A stretch of 64,000 bases of DNA from Eledone cirrhosa (Eukaryota): the NCBI GenBank assembly GCA_964016885.1, contig OZ024743.1:329220001-329284000 (forward strand). Reading direction: 5' to 3'. Of the stretch, positions 12,239-25,740 are shown piece by piece; position 1 is the stretch's first letter, and each line of letters starts with the position of its first letter. Position numbers and translations under genes: made by a program. Below the pieces are notes generated by a model. It was not told where the DNA came from. It did no database searches and saw only the letters and a program-made list of their open reading frames with translations.

Positions 12239-13145
12239 CATGTATATATATATACATATATACTGTATATAAGGTCTCTATTGATTATATACAGTTACGA
12301 CCGTATCACAGATGGGTGTCTCAGGATCCATGTAAATACTATAGACCCGATTCCAACCTGATCTGCATATCGGACTTGTTAATGAAGCAAAACAGAAATC
12401 TCATCAGGTACCTTCCTAAGTAAACTACGAATGTACTGAACCACGTATTATATATACATATATGAAAAATTCGGGACACCGATGACTGAGCTCCGGCCGT
12501 TTCAACAGCTATATCCGAACACACTACCCACTCTACTACCTCAAGTATTGAGTGCTTTCATAGTAATGATAATTGCTCTCCATTGAGATACTTTCACTTG
12601 TTACAAAGTAAACAGTCGTTTTTCTCTGACAAGCTGATTGGCCTCACAACGATGGTGCATTTCTATAATGTACAATTGTTGCATATGGATCAGCGAAACT
12701 GTGCAGTCGGGACTTTGAAGAAAAAATAGGTATATTTTTGTCTATTATTTCCTCTCATTTTATAATTTGATATATATATATATATATATTTTATGTGTGT
12801 GTGTGTGTGTGTGTGTGTGTACAAACGCATTGGCGCATTATGATGGTTGATAGTCAGGAAACTGTTAATATGTATTTCCTCGGTTAATTAAACACAGTCA
12901 AAAGATGAGAAATGAAAACAAGTTTTGCTCAACTTCGCTGTTGACCAGGTGACATTTCAGTTTCTATTTGAATATTCGCCTTAGTCATAATTTATGCTGG
13001 ATCAAATTATACTTAAAACATCATATAGATGATTCCATCGAGTCGTATTTCCTGAAAGCTATGGGACTGTCCTGCTCGACAAGTGAAATTCATGACGAAG
13101 CTATTTAGATATTTTGCGCTTGGAATGATGACAAGATTGCTTAAA

Positions 13146-13310
13146 TAATTGTTTCTACTTTTGGCACAAGGCAAGCAATTATCTTAGTGTATTACTGGTA
13201 CTTTATTTTATCGACACCGTAAGGATGAAAGGCAAAGTTAGCCTCGGCGGGATTTGAACTCACACCATAAAAGCATGGCGTCCGACCCTCTACCGATACT
13301 GCCAATCTAC
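13146..13310 (-). mobile_element. tRNA-derived SINE with an internal deletion
   Basis: Reverse complement of the SINE family. Confidence 0.8.
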
Positions 13311-13427
13311 CTGACAAATGATGTTACATTTTTTATTCAAAATGATCACCAAAGTAATTGTCTGTTTATCTTTCTCCCTCCCTCCCTATGTATGTATGTG
13401 TGTATGTATATGTGTATGTATGTATGT

Positions 13428-14048
13428 TCTTCTGGTTTTATAATTTCACAATTTTTTGCTAAAAGAGAGAGAGTCGGTTTCTAACATAGACACAAGACTC
13501 TCTCATTGGAATTTACACAACATCAACTAGGTAGATATGTATGCATGTCTGCATGCATGTGTAGATATGGATGTTATTGTATGTGTGGATGTGTATGTTT
13601 TGAGTTGTATGTGTGCATGTGTATATGCTTTGTATCTGTACATGTGTATATGCAGTTATTAGATGCAAACCTTTTGGAATGTTTTGCATATTTTTACTGT
13701 TCCATTAATGGATTGTACTTGTAATTTCCTAACTAGTTGTGTTCTTTCCGTTCCTGTGAAGCCTAGCTTCTCAAGATTTGTATTGAGGCAGTTACTAACA
13801 TATCCCAGTGCCCCAATAATCACAGGCATAAATCTGAAGGTGTAATCAGGGTGGAGTATCTGCAGATTTCTCATCAGTTCTGCATAAATATTCTCCTTTT
13901 CACTAATCTTTGATATTATATTGGCATCTGCTGGGCAGCTAATTTCCACTACTGTGCATGTTTTCTGTCCCATATAATATCTGGTCTGTTATGCCTGCAT
14001 TTTATTGGGGTTTTACTGGAACATTCCACCAGTACTCTTTCATATTAT
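13428..14048 (-). mobile_element. 3' fragment of an R4/Dong-type RLE non-LTR retrotransposon in (ATGT)n
   Basis: VVEISCP, KENIY..L and PVIIGALG match the RLE C-termini at 37156-38175 and 39843-40655. Confidence 0.75.
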
Positions 14049-14164
14049 GTATATGTATGTCTTGTATGTATACATGTATATATGCATGCATGCATACAAG
14101 CATGTATGTATATATGTATATATATATATATGTATGTATGTCTGTTTGTGCGCGTGTGTGTGCA

Positions 14165-14545
14165 TGAAGGTAAGTATTGTGTCAGCTCGCTATTCAGCGC
14201 TACTGGTAAAATGTAACCCTATACAACATGCGCGAGGTCGGGTCATCGGCGACAAAACCGGCAACCCCACCAAGCTTTGGACATCAAAGGGCAGAGGAAA
14301 TCAGGGAAGTCAACGGCCATTCAATAAAGCATTATTTTGTGGACTGAAAAATCCCTAGCCTTCATTGAGACATCTCTCTAGGAGAAGGTTACTCTGATGT
14401 AAAGCCTGCGACTTCGTTTGTATCCAATGATGTAGACCAGTTCTACTTTTTGGGCAAATGCATTCGATGTTCAGACTGTGCCATTGACTCCGTGAAAAGC
14501 CTTAGTTCACTTAAAAAAGCTTCAACCGCAAACATTGCTCGATGG
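14165..14545 (+). mobile_element. Diverged RTE 5'-UTR-type non-autonomous element
   Basis: Shares gctactggtaa, ggtcgggtc, ggcaaccccaccaag and ctaggagaagg blocks with 14631-15223. Confidence 0.6.
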
Positions 14546-14630
14546 GTTATGCATGTATGCATGTCTGTATGTATGTATGTATGTATGTATGTATGTATGT
14601 ATGTATGTATGTATGTATGTATGTATGTAT

Positions 14631-15223
14631 GTGCTACTGGTAACATGTATCCCAGTACAACCTGTCTCATGGTCGGGTCGTTGGCGACTAAACTGGCAAC
14701 CGCACCAAGGTTTCTTGGTGAGGAGGGTGACTTTGGACATCCTGCAGGACTAAAAACAAAACCTGTCAAAAGGGCAAAGGAGCTCTTAAGAGTCAATGGC
14801 CATCCAAAATCACCGGGAGAGATGACCCCTTAGCCTTTGTCAAGGCAGAATTCTAGGAGAAGGAAAACTCTGATATAACACCTGCAACTCTGATGGTATC
14901 CAATGATGTTAACTTGTTCTTCTTTTTGGTAAATATCATCTTGGTTAAGAGAGTGGGACTGGCTTTGTGCAGTGCCTTTGCTCACTATAAAAGCTTCACG
15001 GCACAGGCATTGCTTTATATCTGGAGATCTCTCTGCACTTGTCCTCACATGGTACCATGGGCCCAGCACTATGTGTCAATAATTGTCACAAGTGTAGTGT
15101 TTGTACCAGAGTTTTCAAATCGCTGGCTGGACTAAAAAGTCACACTCGTTTAGCGCATCGGTAGGGATTCTCCTACATGGATATAAAGTAGTGACCGTAC
15201 TCGAAAACGAGTTGGCAGCCACC
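14631..15223 (+). mobile_element. Non-autonomous RTE derivative (~600 bp) with (ATGT)n tail
   Basis: Near-identical to 19840-20446 and 23343-23931; 3' end matches the RTE tail at 19787-19819. Confidence 0.8.
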
Positions 15224-15581
15224 ATGTATGTATGTATGTATGTATGTATGTATGTATGTATGTATGTATGTATGTATGTATGTATGTTTCTCTTTCTCTT
15301 AATTTCGAGTATATTTTTGACCGGCCTCCTTCCCGGTGGCAAGGTTATAAAAGACAGGAAATTGTCATCCCTTGAACCTCAAGAATGTTTTGCAAATTTT
15401 GAAGGTGCCAGCTATCGCAGCCATTTGTTGTCTATGTATATATGTGTATATGTATGTATTATGTTACAGGTTTGTGCGACTGGCTGCAGCCTAAACGTAA
15501 CCCTCCAAGCAATTGCAGTACTCTTAGCACACTTTTCAGTCATCGTGTATGTATGTATGTATATATGTATGTATGTATATA

Positions 15582-18500
15582 TTGCGCGGGGACATAGAAA
15601 TAATCGGCTGGATGCCCGATCGCGCAGTTAAACCACTGGGAGTGAAGAACCCCTAGCCCTTGTCAGGGCATTCTTCTAGGAGAAGGCATCTCAGGAAACT
15701 GGGTTAACTCCGACATAAAACCTGCGGCTCAGAAGTTACCGATGATGTTGATCTTTTCTTCTTTTCGGGTTATAGCTACTGTCGCTCAGAGAGTGGGATT
15801 GGCTCAGTGCACAGTCTTTCCTCACTTTAAAAATATTCGTCACGCACAGGCATTGCACGAGTGCATTAATAATTATTAATAGTGTACTATTATTATTATT
15901 ATTATTATTATTACTATTATTATTACTTTTTTTTTTTTTTTTTTTTTTCAAATTCAATGATGTTCCAGAACAATATAAAAGAGATAATTGGCAATTTAGG
16001 TTCTGGAACAAAAAAGATAATTGGCAATAAGGGCAGGGGCCCCAGGTTATCACAGCCTGGGCCCGCTCGTCATCGTGTCATTGTAATAGAGCCAAACAAG
16101 GCTGGAACGTACGGACGCTGCTTGACAGGGATTCCTTGGGGCGTCCTGAACGAAGGACCGCTCTTGTTGGAAAGGAGCTTCGACGTTACGATCTTGACAT
16201 CGTGGCTTTATCTGAGACGAGGCTAGCTGGAGATGGTCATCTTACGGAATTTTGTGGAGAATATACATTCTTCTGGAAAGGAAGAGATGAAGGAACCAGA
16301 AGAGAGGCTGGGGTAGGATTTGCTGTTAAGACTGTGCTTGTGAACAAATTAGAAGAATTCCCAGTAGGGATTAGTGAGCGTCTTATGTCCATGAGAGTTC
16401 CGCTGGACAAGGGAAGATATGCTACCCTGGTGAGTGTGTATGCTCCAACTATGAGTTCTGTCGATGAGGAAAAGGTGTCCTTTTACCATGCCTTGAAAGG
16501 TGTTTTAAGAAATATCCCTCAGGCAGACAAAGTCATCGTGCTTGGTGACTTTAATGCTAGAGTGGGTAGAGATTTTAACACATGGAATGTAATCGGAAGG
16601 CATGGGGTGCGAAAGTGTAACAGCAATGGTATGCTCCTGCTGCAGATGTGTGAGGAGCTGGATCTGTGTGTTACCAACACCATGTTCCAACAAAAGAACA
16701 AATTCAAGACCGCATGGATGCATCCTGCGTCTAAGGAATGGCATCTTTTGGACTACGTCCTAGTCAGGATGCGTGACAGACAGGATGTGCAGTGTGTTCG
16801 TGTTCTTCGTGGAGCTGAGTGCTGGACGGACCACCGCCTGGTACGCGCAAAAATGAACTAATCACTAAACGTAAAATCCGGGCTCCTGGTGTTGCCCTGC
16901 CCAAAAGATTGAAGGCTGCTCGTCTTAAGGATAAAAATGTGAAGAGGACATTGGAAGAAGAGATGCAGGCTGCAGATCTTGGTGAGGATTGGCCGACCCT
17001 TAAAAAGTCGGTTTATGATGTAGGCAGGCGTGTTCTGGGATTGGCGCAGAGGAAACATCAGGACTGGTTTGATGAGAATGATGTACATATAGAAGACTTG
17101 TTGGCTGATAAGAGGCGTGCTCTGTCACGCTACTTGACGGCAAAACCACAGGAGAGGAATACGTTGCATGAGGAACTCAGGGATGTAAAATCACATGTTA
17201 GGCGGAGTCTTTCTCAGATGAAGGATCAGTGGTGGAGTGAGAAGGCTGGTGAGATACAAACTGCGTCTGATTCCAATAACACAAAGCTGTTGTACAGTCT
17301 CTTGCGTGAGGTTTATGGACCGTCTTCTTCTCTGGTGACACCGCTTCGCAGCAAGGATGGCAAAGAACTTCTTCGTGACTCACAAGGAATTCTACGAAGG
17401 TGGGGAGAGCACTTTGATGATCTTTTGAATCAGCCGTCTGTCGTCAGTGAAGATTTCCTCAATCTCATTCCAGAAAGTCCTGTGAAAGTAGCTCTCGCAG
17501 AACCTCCGACGCTTGTGGAGGTTGCAGTGGCTATTTCGAAGCTGAACAGTGGAAGATCTCCAGGTATGGATGGTATACATGCTGAGCTCCTACAATATGA
17601 TGGTGAGAGACTCCTGCAATATCTTCACTCTTTGTTTGGCAGGATATGGGCTAATGAATCCGTACCTGAGGACTGGAGAGATGCAGTAATGGTGGTCTTG
17701 TACAAGGGAAAGGGTAACAGGAACGATTGTGGGAACTACAGAGGTATATCATTGCTTTCTGTCGTAGGGAAAGTTTTATGTAGGGTGCTTCTGGACCGTC
17801 TGCTGACACACATTGCAGATTGTGTTCTTCCTGAAAGTCAATCTGGTTTTTGTGCTGGACGCGGCACTACTGATATGATCTTCTCGGCTAGACAGCTCCA
17901 GGAGAAGTGCATGGAACAAGGCTTGGATCTGTATCAGGTTTTTGTCGATCTGACAAAAGCTTTCGATACTGTTAACAGAGATGCATTATGGAAGGTTCTC
18001 CAGAAACTTGGTTGCCCTGATAAGTTCCTTGCTTTAGTTAGGTCTTTCCATGACGACATGAAGGCTTGGGTTAATGTCGGGGGTAACATGTCAGAGCCTA
18101 TCTCAGTAAGAAATGGAGTGAAGCAGGGGATATTCCAGCACCGACCCTGTTTGCCATATACTTTGCAATGGTTTTCTGTATTGCATTCAGGAATTGCGAG
18201 CATGGTGTTTACATCCGATATCGAACCTCAGGCAGCATATTTAACATCAGGCGCTTTGCTGCGAAGACAAAAGTATTTACATCAATCATAAGAGACCTCT
18301 TGTATGCAGATGATTGCGATCTTGTAGCGCACACAGAGAGTGATATGCAGCACATTTTGAATGCATTTTCTGACGCTTGCACTGCCCTAGGATTGACTGT
18401 CAGTCTCAAGAAAACCGTCGTCATGTACCAACCTGCCCCTGGTAAGCAGTACACTGAACCAACCATCTATGTGTATGGCAAACGACTTGGAGTGATTGAT

Positions 18501-19492
18501 CAGTTTGCCTACCTGGGAAGCTCTGTCAATAGATACAGCAACCTTGATAGTGAAATCTCACTTAGGATTAGGAAAGCAAGTGATGCTTTCGGAAAGCTGG
18601 AAAGGCGACTTTGGGGTCGGCGAGATATATGCAGGAGGACAAAGGTAAAGGTGTACAGGGCATGTGTGCTCTCTTGTCTTCTTTATGCCTGCGAGACCTG
18701 GGTCACATATCGACACCACCTTAAGCAATTGGAGCGTTTCCATCAGATGTGTCTCAGACGGATCCATGGCGTTCACTGGAGAGACCACATCAGTGATGTC
18801 GAGATTTTGGAAAGCTCTATGTGTGACAGTATAGAAGCTCTTGTGCTTAAGCAACGACTCCGTTGGAGTGGTCACCTTGCCAAGATGAAAGATTCTAGAA
18901 TACCAAAACAACTCTTTTATGGAGAGTTGGTTAAAGGAAAACGACCGCCACACAAACCAAAAAAGAGGTATAAGGATTCCTTGATAGCCTCTCTGAAAGA
19001 CGCTAACATCTCTGCTGATACATGGGAAAATATTGCTGCTGATCGTAATAAATGGAGAAAGACTGTATATGAGGGAAATGTTGCCTTTGAGGGATCTCGA
19101 ATCGCATACGAGAAAGTAAAGCGGGATGTGAGGAAGGGCATTGCTGTTGCACTTCCAGACGGCGAGGGTCCTCCTATGGCGCTGACATGCAGCGTATGTA
19201 CGAGACTCTGCCTAAGCAAAGCTGGACTCGAAAGTCATCTTCGCAGTCATAAAATAAGACCAGTGGTTGACTACCAGGCTGCTGTTGGAGATGCTACTCA
19301 TCATACTTGCCAAACATGTGGTAGAGAATGTAAATCAGCAGGAGGGCTCAAGCGACATGCAAAAGTACACGAACTCCAACCACAGCCGACTATTCCCAGT
19401 GAATGTTTTGGTTGCCGACTCTGTGCAAGACATTTTAGATCATTGGCTGGGCTAAAAATCCACATTCGATCGCAGCGCTGTTAGTTGCTATC

Positions 19493-19524
<32 letters not shown>

Positions 19525-19819
19525 GCTTATGTGTGTGCGTGTGTGTGTATATATATATGTATATGTATATTATTATTGTTGTTGTCGTTATTATTATTGT
19601 TGTTATGATTATTATTATTGTTATTAATGTATGTGTGCGCTTATATGTGTGTGTGAGTGTGTGTGTGTGGGTATATGTGTATGTATATGTATATATATAT
19701 ATATTTCTTTTTTTTTTTTAATTTTTATTTTCTTTTTATTTATTTATTTATTATTATTATTATTTTTTTTTCTTTCTCCTCGTGCAATGGCCATACTCGA
19801 TAACGAGAGGGCAGCCATC
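15582..19819 (+). mobile_element. RTE-clade LINE, near full length, (ATGT)n tail
   Basis: 5' region shares ctaggagaagg and gagagtggga.tggct blocks with the derivatives; APE-RT ORF; 3' stem-loop ctcg(ataa)cgag followed by atgtatgt. Confidence 0.85.
16100..19484 (+). pseudogene. RTE ORF (APE endonuclease, RT, three C2H2-type fingers); frameshifts near 16858 and 18130
   Basis: WNVRT, ALSETR, VYAPT, GDFNAR, DHRLV; NYRGISLL, QSGF, FVDLTKAFD, GVKQG, YADD, YLGS, LRWSGH; three CxxC-x12-H motifs. Confidence 0.92.
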
Positions 19820-19839
19820 ATGTATGTATGTATTTATGT

Positions 19840-20446
19840 CAGGTCACCAGTTGGTGCTACTGGTAACATGTATCCCAGTACAACCTGTCTCATGGTCGGG
19901 TCCTTGGCGACTAAACTGGCAACCCCACCAAGGTTTCTTGGTGAGGAGGGTGACTTTGGACATCCTGCAGGACTAAAAACAAAACCTGTCAAAGGGCAAA
20001 GGAGCTCTTAAGAGTCAATGGCCATCCAAAATCACCGGGAGAGATGACCCCCTTAGCCTTTGTCAAGGTAGAATTCTAGGAGAAGGAAAACTCTGATATA
20101 ACACCTGCAACCCTGATGGTATCCAATGATGTTAACTTGTTCTTCTTTTTGGTAAATATCATCTTGGTTAAGAGAGTGGGACTGGCTTTGTGCAGTGCCT
20201 TTGTTCACTATAAAAGCTTCACGACACAGGCATTGCTTTATATCTGGAGACCTCTCTGCACTTGTCGTCACATGGTACCATGGGCCCAGCACTATGTGTC
20301 AGTAATTGTCACAAGTCTAGTGTTTGTACCAGAGTTTTCAAGTCGCTGGCTGGACTGAAAAGTCACACTCGTTCAGCGCATCGGTAGGGATTCTCCTACA
20401 TGGATATAAAGTACTGGCCGTACTCGAAAACGAGATGGCAGCCACC
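19840..20446 (+). mobile_element. Non-autonomous RTE derivative, complete copy
   Basis: Starts inside the (ATGT)n tail of the RTE and ends in (ATGT)n. Confidence 0.8.
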
Positions 20447-20737
20447 ATGTATGTATGCATGCATTTGTATGTATGTATATTTTTTCTTCCTCTTCTCCAC
20501 TCAACTTCAACCCTACGTTCCTTCGCCATAGTTTGGTGCCTGAATATTTGCAGCCTCGTCCGCTTTGTAGTGGCTTCCTAATGCTTTAAGCAAAATACAA
20601 CACTCCGGTCTTGTGCTTCGGAGGTGAACTATCTAGGTACAAAACCATATATATATATATGCAGGAGACTCCAACCGTGAAGCTTACATTTTTCAGTGTA
20701 TCTCAATATTTATTTATAAAACTAATCTATATTATAT

Positions 20738-20797
20738 TCCATCTGATGAAAGCGCACCATAATCTGCCTTGGTGGCCCTTGAAATATGTATAATGAA
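20738..20797 (+). ncRNA. Type-I hammerhead (family C-like), degenerate stems
   Basis: ttccat-CTGATGA-aagcgcacca...tggtggccctt-GAAA-tatgtata-atgaa. Confidence 0.65.
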
Positions 20798-20977
20798 ATA
20801 AATATGGTTTTATAAATATAGTTTCCATTTGTTAATATATTGTATATATATATATATATATATATATAATTAGAGAGTGAACAACACAATATATATATTG
20901 TGTTGTTCACTATCTAATTAAATAGCTCTGTTCTATACATAGAGCACTCTTTTTTCGATTGCTTTTTCTTCGGAATT

Positions 20978-21031
<54 letters not shown>

Positions 21032-21389
21032 ACACATATATATATGTATATATACATATATATATATTTATATATATATATATACACATATATATAACTA
21101 TATACATATATATAAGTATATACATATATATAAGTATATACATATATTATTAGAAATAGAACATTTTCGCCGTTTTTTTACTAAAGATATTTTTAGCCTG
21201 ATAGTGGGGTTTAGAACCCCCTAAGAAATGGAAAAAGATGAGTATTGACGTACATACACACACATATATATATATACCCACATATATATATATACAAATA
21301 TATATACATATATATATATATATCTCCATATATATATACACTTATATATATACATATATATATAAATTTTGACTATATGTTGGTTGTAT

Positions 21390-22454
21390 ACCTACACCTC
21401 AGTATGCAGATTGGAGAACTCGACGAAGTGCGCAGGTTGGTTTGGTTACTCCGGAGTAATGTAAAATAAAATAAAATAAATAAGTCAAATGTTTAAAATT
21501 TGGCTTCGTTTATTACTGCTATATATATTTCGGTGACAGCCATCTTTGGCTGTGACCTCTTCAGGCAGTCCGAATTAGTGTGGTAGAGACGAGTACACAT
21601 GTTGTTGAGGTGTATAACTTTGTCAATACTCTGATATGCCCAGTTCCTGGTTGGGTTGTTATTTCACTGAGGAACTGGAATCATATAAATTCAAACAAAC
21701 GAATTTCAGCGTCAAAGGGCCTCTTCTCCTCTCATTGGTCAGTTGTTAGAACATTCCTCAGTCAAAAGTCTATAGAAATTCGTTCTGAGGCAAGCCAATC
21801 TGTAGTTGTTGCTCTTGTTATAGTTAGGTACATCTGACCTCTATTCTTGTGTTGGTAGTGGTGTTATTGTTGGAGTCACCTAAAAAAAAGTGTGATAAAG
21901 TGGTAGAAGGAATAAGATGGTAAAGGAACAAAATAAAATAAAATAATCGAATAAAATGTGTGTGTGTGTTATACCCATCTAAATGTTATAAAGATTTGTA
22001 AGGTCAAACTTCCCATTGGTCAGTTTTGAGAGCATTCCTCAGTCCAAAGTCTATAGAAATTCTTTCTGGGGTGAGGCTCCAGTGTTTGCTATTGTTAAGT
22101 ACATCAGACCTCTACCCTTATTTTGGTAGTGTTGTTGGTGTTGTGGTCAACTTATGTCTTGCTGCTGCTGACAATTTAGAAGTATCTGTGTGTGTGTTTC
22201 TTCACCCCTCCTGCCACCATCTCCCGTGAGGAATGTTCTAACAACTGACCAATGAGAGGAGAAGAGGCCCTCTGACGCTGAAATTCGTTTGTTTGAATTC
22301 ATATGATTCCAGTTCCTCAGTGACATAACAACCCAACCAGGAACTGGGCATATCAGAGTATTGACAAAGTTATACACATCAACATGTGTACTCGTCTCTA
22401 CCACACTAATTCGGACTGCCTGAAGAGGTCACAGACAAAGATGGCTGTCACCGA
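21390..22454 (-). mobile_element. PLE pLTR-like remnant with ~230-bp inverted repeat
   Basis: 21530-21760 is the reverse complement of 22227-22454; internal direct repeat at ~21733 and ~22014; contains the hammerhead at 21515-21569. Confidence 0.7.
21515..21569 (-). ncRNA. Type-I hammerhead ribozyme (family C)
   Basis: Minus strand: actgc-CTGAAGA-ggtcacagcca(aaga)tggctgtcacc-GAAA-tatatata-gcagt. Confidence 0.85.
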
Positions 22455-23342
22455 TGAGCTTGCCAGTTACGTAAGTCTGATATTTGATTTCGGATTCATA
22501 GAAACACTTTAAACGTATAACGTTTGATTTGTCCAGGTGTATTTTTTCTCAACCTGTTAGTTCCTTCGTTACTTTGGTATTGTGTGTTAGATTTTGCCTA
22601 CCACAATGTTCAATTTGTCAAGCTATTTAAACATATCTTATTACTCTAAGGACCTACCTTGTCGACTGCTTTGCTAACTCATTCATATAGTAGGTCGAAT
22701 TTGCTTGCACACCGCCAAAGATTCGATTTTATTAAGCATCTAATTATATATATATACGTATATATAATTCAAAATCTGTGCACACATGACAGTGTTTGAT
22801 AAAACACAGGCATATCCATTACTCGTCAGCTAACTACTGGAGGCCACTATGATTACATTGTTTAAAAGCTAGAATCATTCCTTCTAGTGCACCTAAAAAC
22901 ACGACAAGACAATAAAATATGTTAATATAAGACACAGTGTGTCATTTCGACTCAATACACAAATGGAAAGTGAAAGGTGTATGTACAACAAATGGTGCTT
23001 CTTACTGAATACGAAAAGCGATAAAAACGAGGTAAAATGTCCAGCAAATTAACCAGGGAAATATAGACAGAGAAAATAATATAATCTCGGACGTTAGTTC
23101 TTAGACGAAATATCAGCACGATGTTGAGAATAAGGATTCTAGAAGCTGGTCGAGAGAGTGCATCGTGGTGGTGGTGGTGGTGGATCAAGAATGTTCTAGA
23201 AAGATGATATCGATAAAATAAACAGCAGACTTGAAAATATATTAGTACCGGGGACGATTTTATTGACTAAAATCCTGAAGGTGATGTCCTAGCATGGCAC
23301 CAGTCTCCACTGTAACCAGTAAAAGAATATACATACATACAT

Positions 23343-23931
23343 GGTGGCTGCCAACTCGTTTTCGAGTACGGCCACTACCTTATATCCATGTAGGAGAACC
23401 CCTACCGATGCGCTGAACAAGTGAAACTTTCTAGTCCAGCCAGCGACTTGAAAACTCTGGTACAACTATTGACACATAGTGCTGGGCCCATGGTACCATG
23501 TGACGACAAGTGCAGAGAGGTCTCCAGATATAAAGCAATGCCTGTGTCGTGAAGCTTTTATAGTGAACAAAGGCACTGCACAAAGCCAGTCCCACTCTCT
23601 TAACCAAGATGATATTTACCAAAAAGAAGAACAAGTTAACATCATTGGATACCATCAGGGTTGCAGGTGTTATATCAGAGTTTTCCTTCTCCTAGAATTC
23701 TGCCTTGACAAAGGCTAAGGGGGTCATCTCTCCCGGTGATTTTGGATGGCCATTGACTCTTAAGAGCTCCTTTGCCCTTTGACAGGTTTTGTTTTTAGTC
23801 CTGCAGGATGTCCAAAGTCACCCTCCTCACCAAGAAACCTTGGTGGGGTTGCCAGTTTAGACGCCAACGACCCGACCATGAGACAGGTTGTACTGGGATA
23901 CATGTTACCAGTAGCACCAACTGGTGACCTG
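23343..23931 (-). mobile_element. Non-autonomous RTE derivative
   Basis: Reverse complement of 19840-20446; (ACAT)n on both sides. Confidence 0.8.
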
Positions 23932-24097
23932 ACATACATACATACATACATACATACATACATACATACATACATACATACATACATACATTTCAAATCC
24001 CGCCGAGTTTAGCTTTGCCTTTCATCCTTACGAGGTCGATTTTAATCGATTTTTCCCTCCCTCCAAATTGCTGCCCCTGTGCTTATAGTAGAAATCT

Positions 24098-24138
<41 letters not shown>

Positions 24139-24232
24139 ACACACACATATATATATATATGATGTGTGTACGTGTGAATAAAACATGCGATAGCACAAAC
24201 AAGTGCATATTTAAGTATGCCGACACACACGC

Positions 24233-24364
<132 letters not shown>

Positions 24365-25142
24365 TACTATATTACAGTAAACTAATGAACTAATCGATTG
24401 ACCTTTCAGGATCAAACGGTGTGAGTCATCAATAGGTGATTAGTTCCTATTTAAACTCACAGAGAATATAACATTAGGATGTTGAGTGAAAGCCGGAGAG
24501 AGGGCTGGGGTAGGGAGACATATATAGGGGGAGCGGGGGAGTGTGAGGGTGTGTGTCGGAGAGAGGGGATAGAGTGGGGAGAGAGGGGGGTGAGAGGAGA
24601 GAGAGGGAGAGAGAGGGAGAGAGAGAGGGACAGAAAGGGAGAGATGTGAGAGAAAGAGAGAGCGGGGTACATAGACGGAGAGTGGGGGGTGGCATAGACG
24701 GAGAGAGAGAGAGCTCGGGGATGTTAGGGTGTTGATGTATTGATGGAAACTACATAGCTACTTGAATGAACTAAAATAGTTAGAGCAACGAATGGAAGAC
24801 AAGTCACGGACTGGATTCTAAAGCAGCTTATCTCTTCCTTTTTGTAACATCACAACTATTTTTTTTACGGCTTAACAGATGAGGAGAGTACAGAACCTTT
24901 GACATACCTTGACCTGATCTGATCAGGCCTGACCTGACCTGACCTGTTTACAGTAGAAAGCATTACGTTATCGGATTCACCTCAAACCAGAGACTTAACA
25001 AATAAATACCATATTTAAAGTGTAATATCTTTATTTTTATATACATTTCCCGTGGCTCATCATTCTTACATAGACGTTTGAATTGATTAAATAAATAAAA
25101 AATACATTAATACAATATTTTAGCTGTTCTTTATAAATTTTA

Positions 25143-25308
25143 ATTATTTCTACTTTTGGCACAAGGCCAGCAATTACTCAGTGCATTACTGGTACTTTAT
25201 TTTATCGACCCCGTAAGGATGAAAGACAAAGTTGACCTCGGTAGGAATTGAACTCAGACTGTAAAGGGCCCTAACTCTATGCTGCAAAGCATGGCGCCCG
25301 ACCTTCTA
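25143..25308 (-). mobile_element. tRNA-derived SINE
   Basis: Reverse complement of the SINE family. Confidence 0.8.
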
Positions 25309-25454
25309 CACAGTCAGATCTGTCCTTCTTTATGGTTTCGATTTTAGCCTGTTTTCTTTTTCTTTTTCTTTCATATTTCAATCAATATATGCAATGTTAT
25401 GTAACACAATTGTAAATTGATTTATTGTATATAAATCTATTAAATTATAAAATA

Positions 25455-25740
25455 AATAAACGCAACTTGAAGACATGTTACTCTTCGCACCGGCTGCCGT
25501 CGAGACCTCAGGCATACTCGGACCTCGTACTGCCGAGCTCCTCCGCAAGATCGGAACGTCAGCAGCCCGCCTGAGGAAGGAGTCTCGTGAGGTGAGGTGG
25601 TTGTTGCAGCCGGAGTCACGGGCCGTTGTCCACGGAAATGCTTTTGCAGTTTTGTTTACGAGTCGCATCCCCAACACCACCCTAAGCCCCGAGCCCATCA
25701 CTCTCTCCCCTACCCCTCCTTTTCTTCTGTGGCCTTAGAG
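25455..25740 (+). pseudogene. 3' fragment of a CRE-like RLE retrotransposon
   Basis: FAPAAVETSG.LGP, EVRWLLQ and AVVHGNAFAVL resemble the CRE-type RLE C-terminus; similar to 50359-50600. Confidence 0.55.

Noticed and set aside
12340-12412. Hammerhead on the minus strand (CTGATGA at 12402-12408)
   Set aside because: No GAAA partner or stem III found
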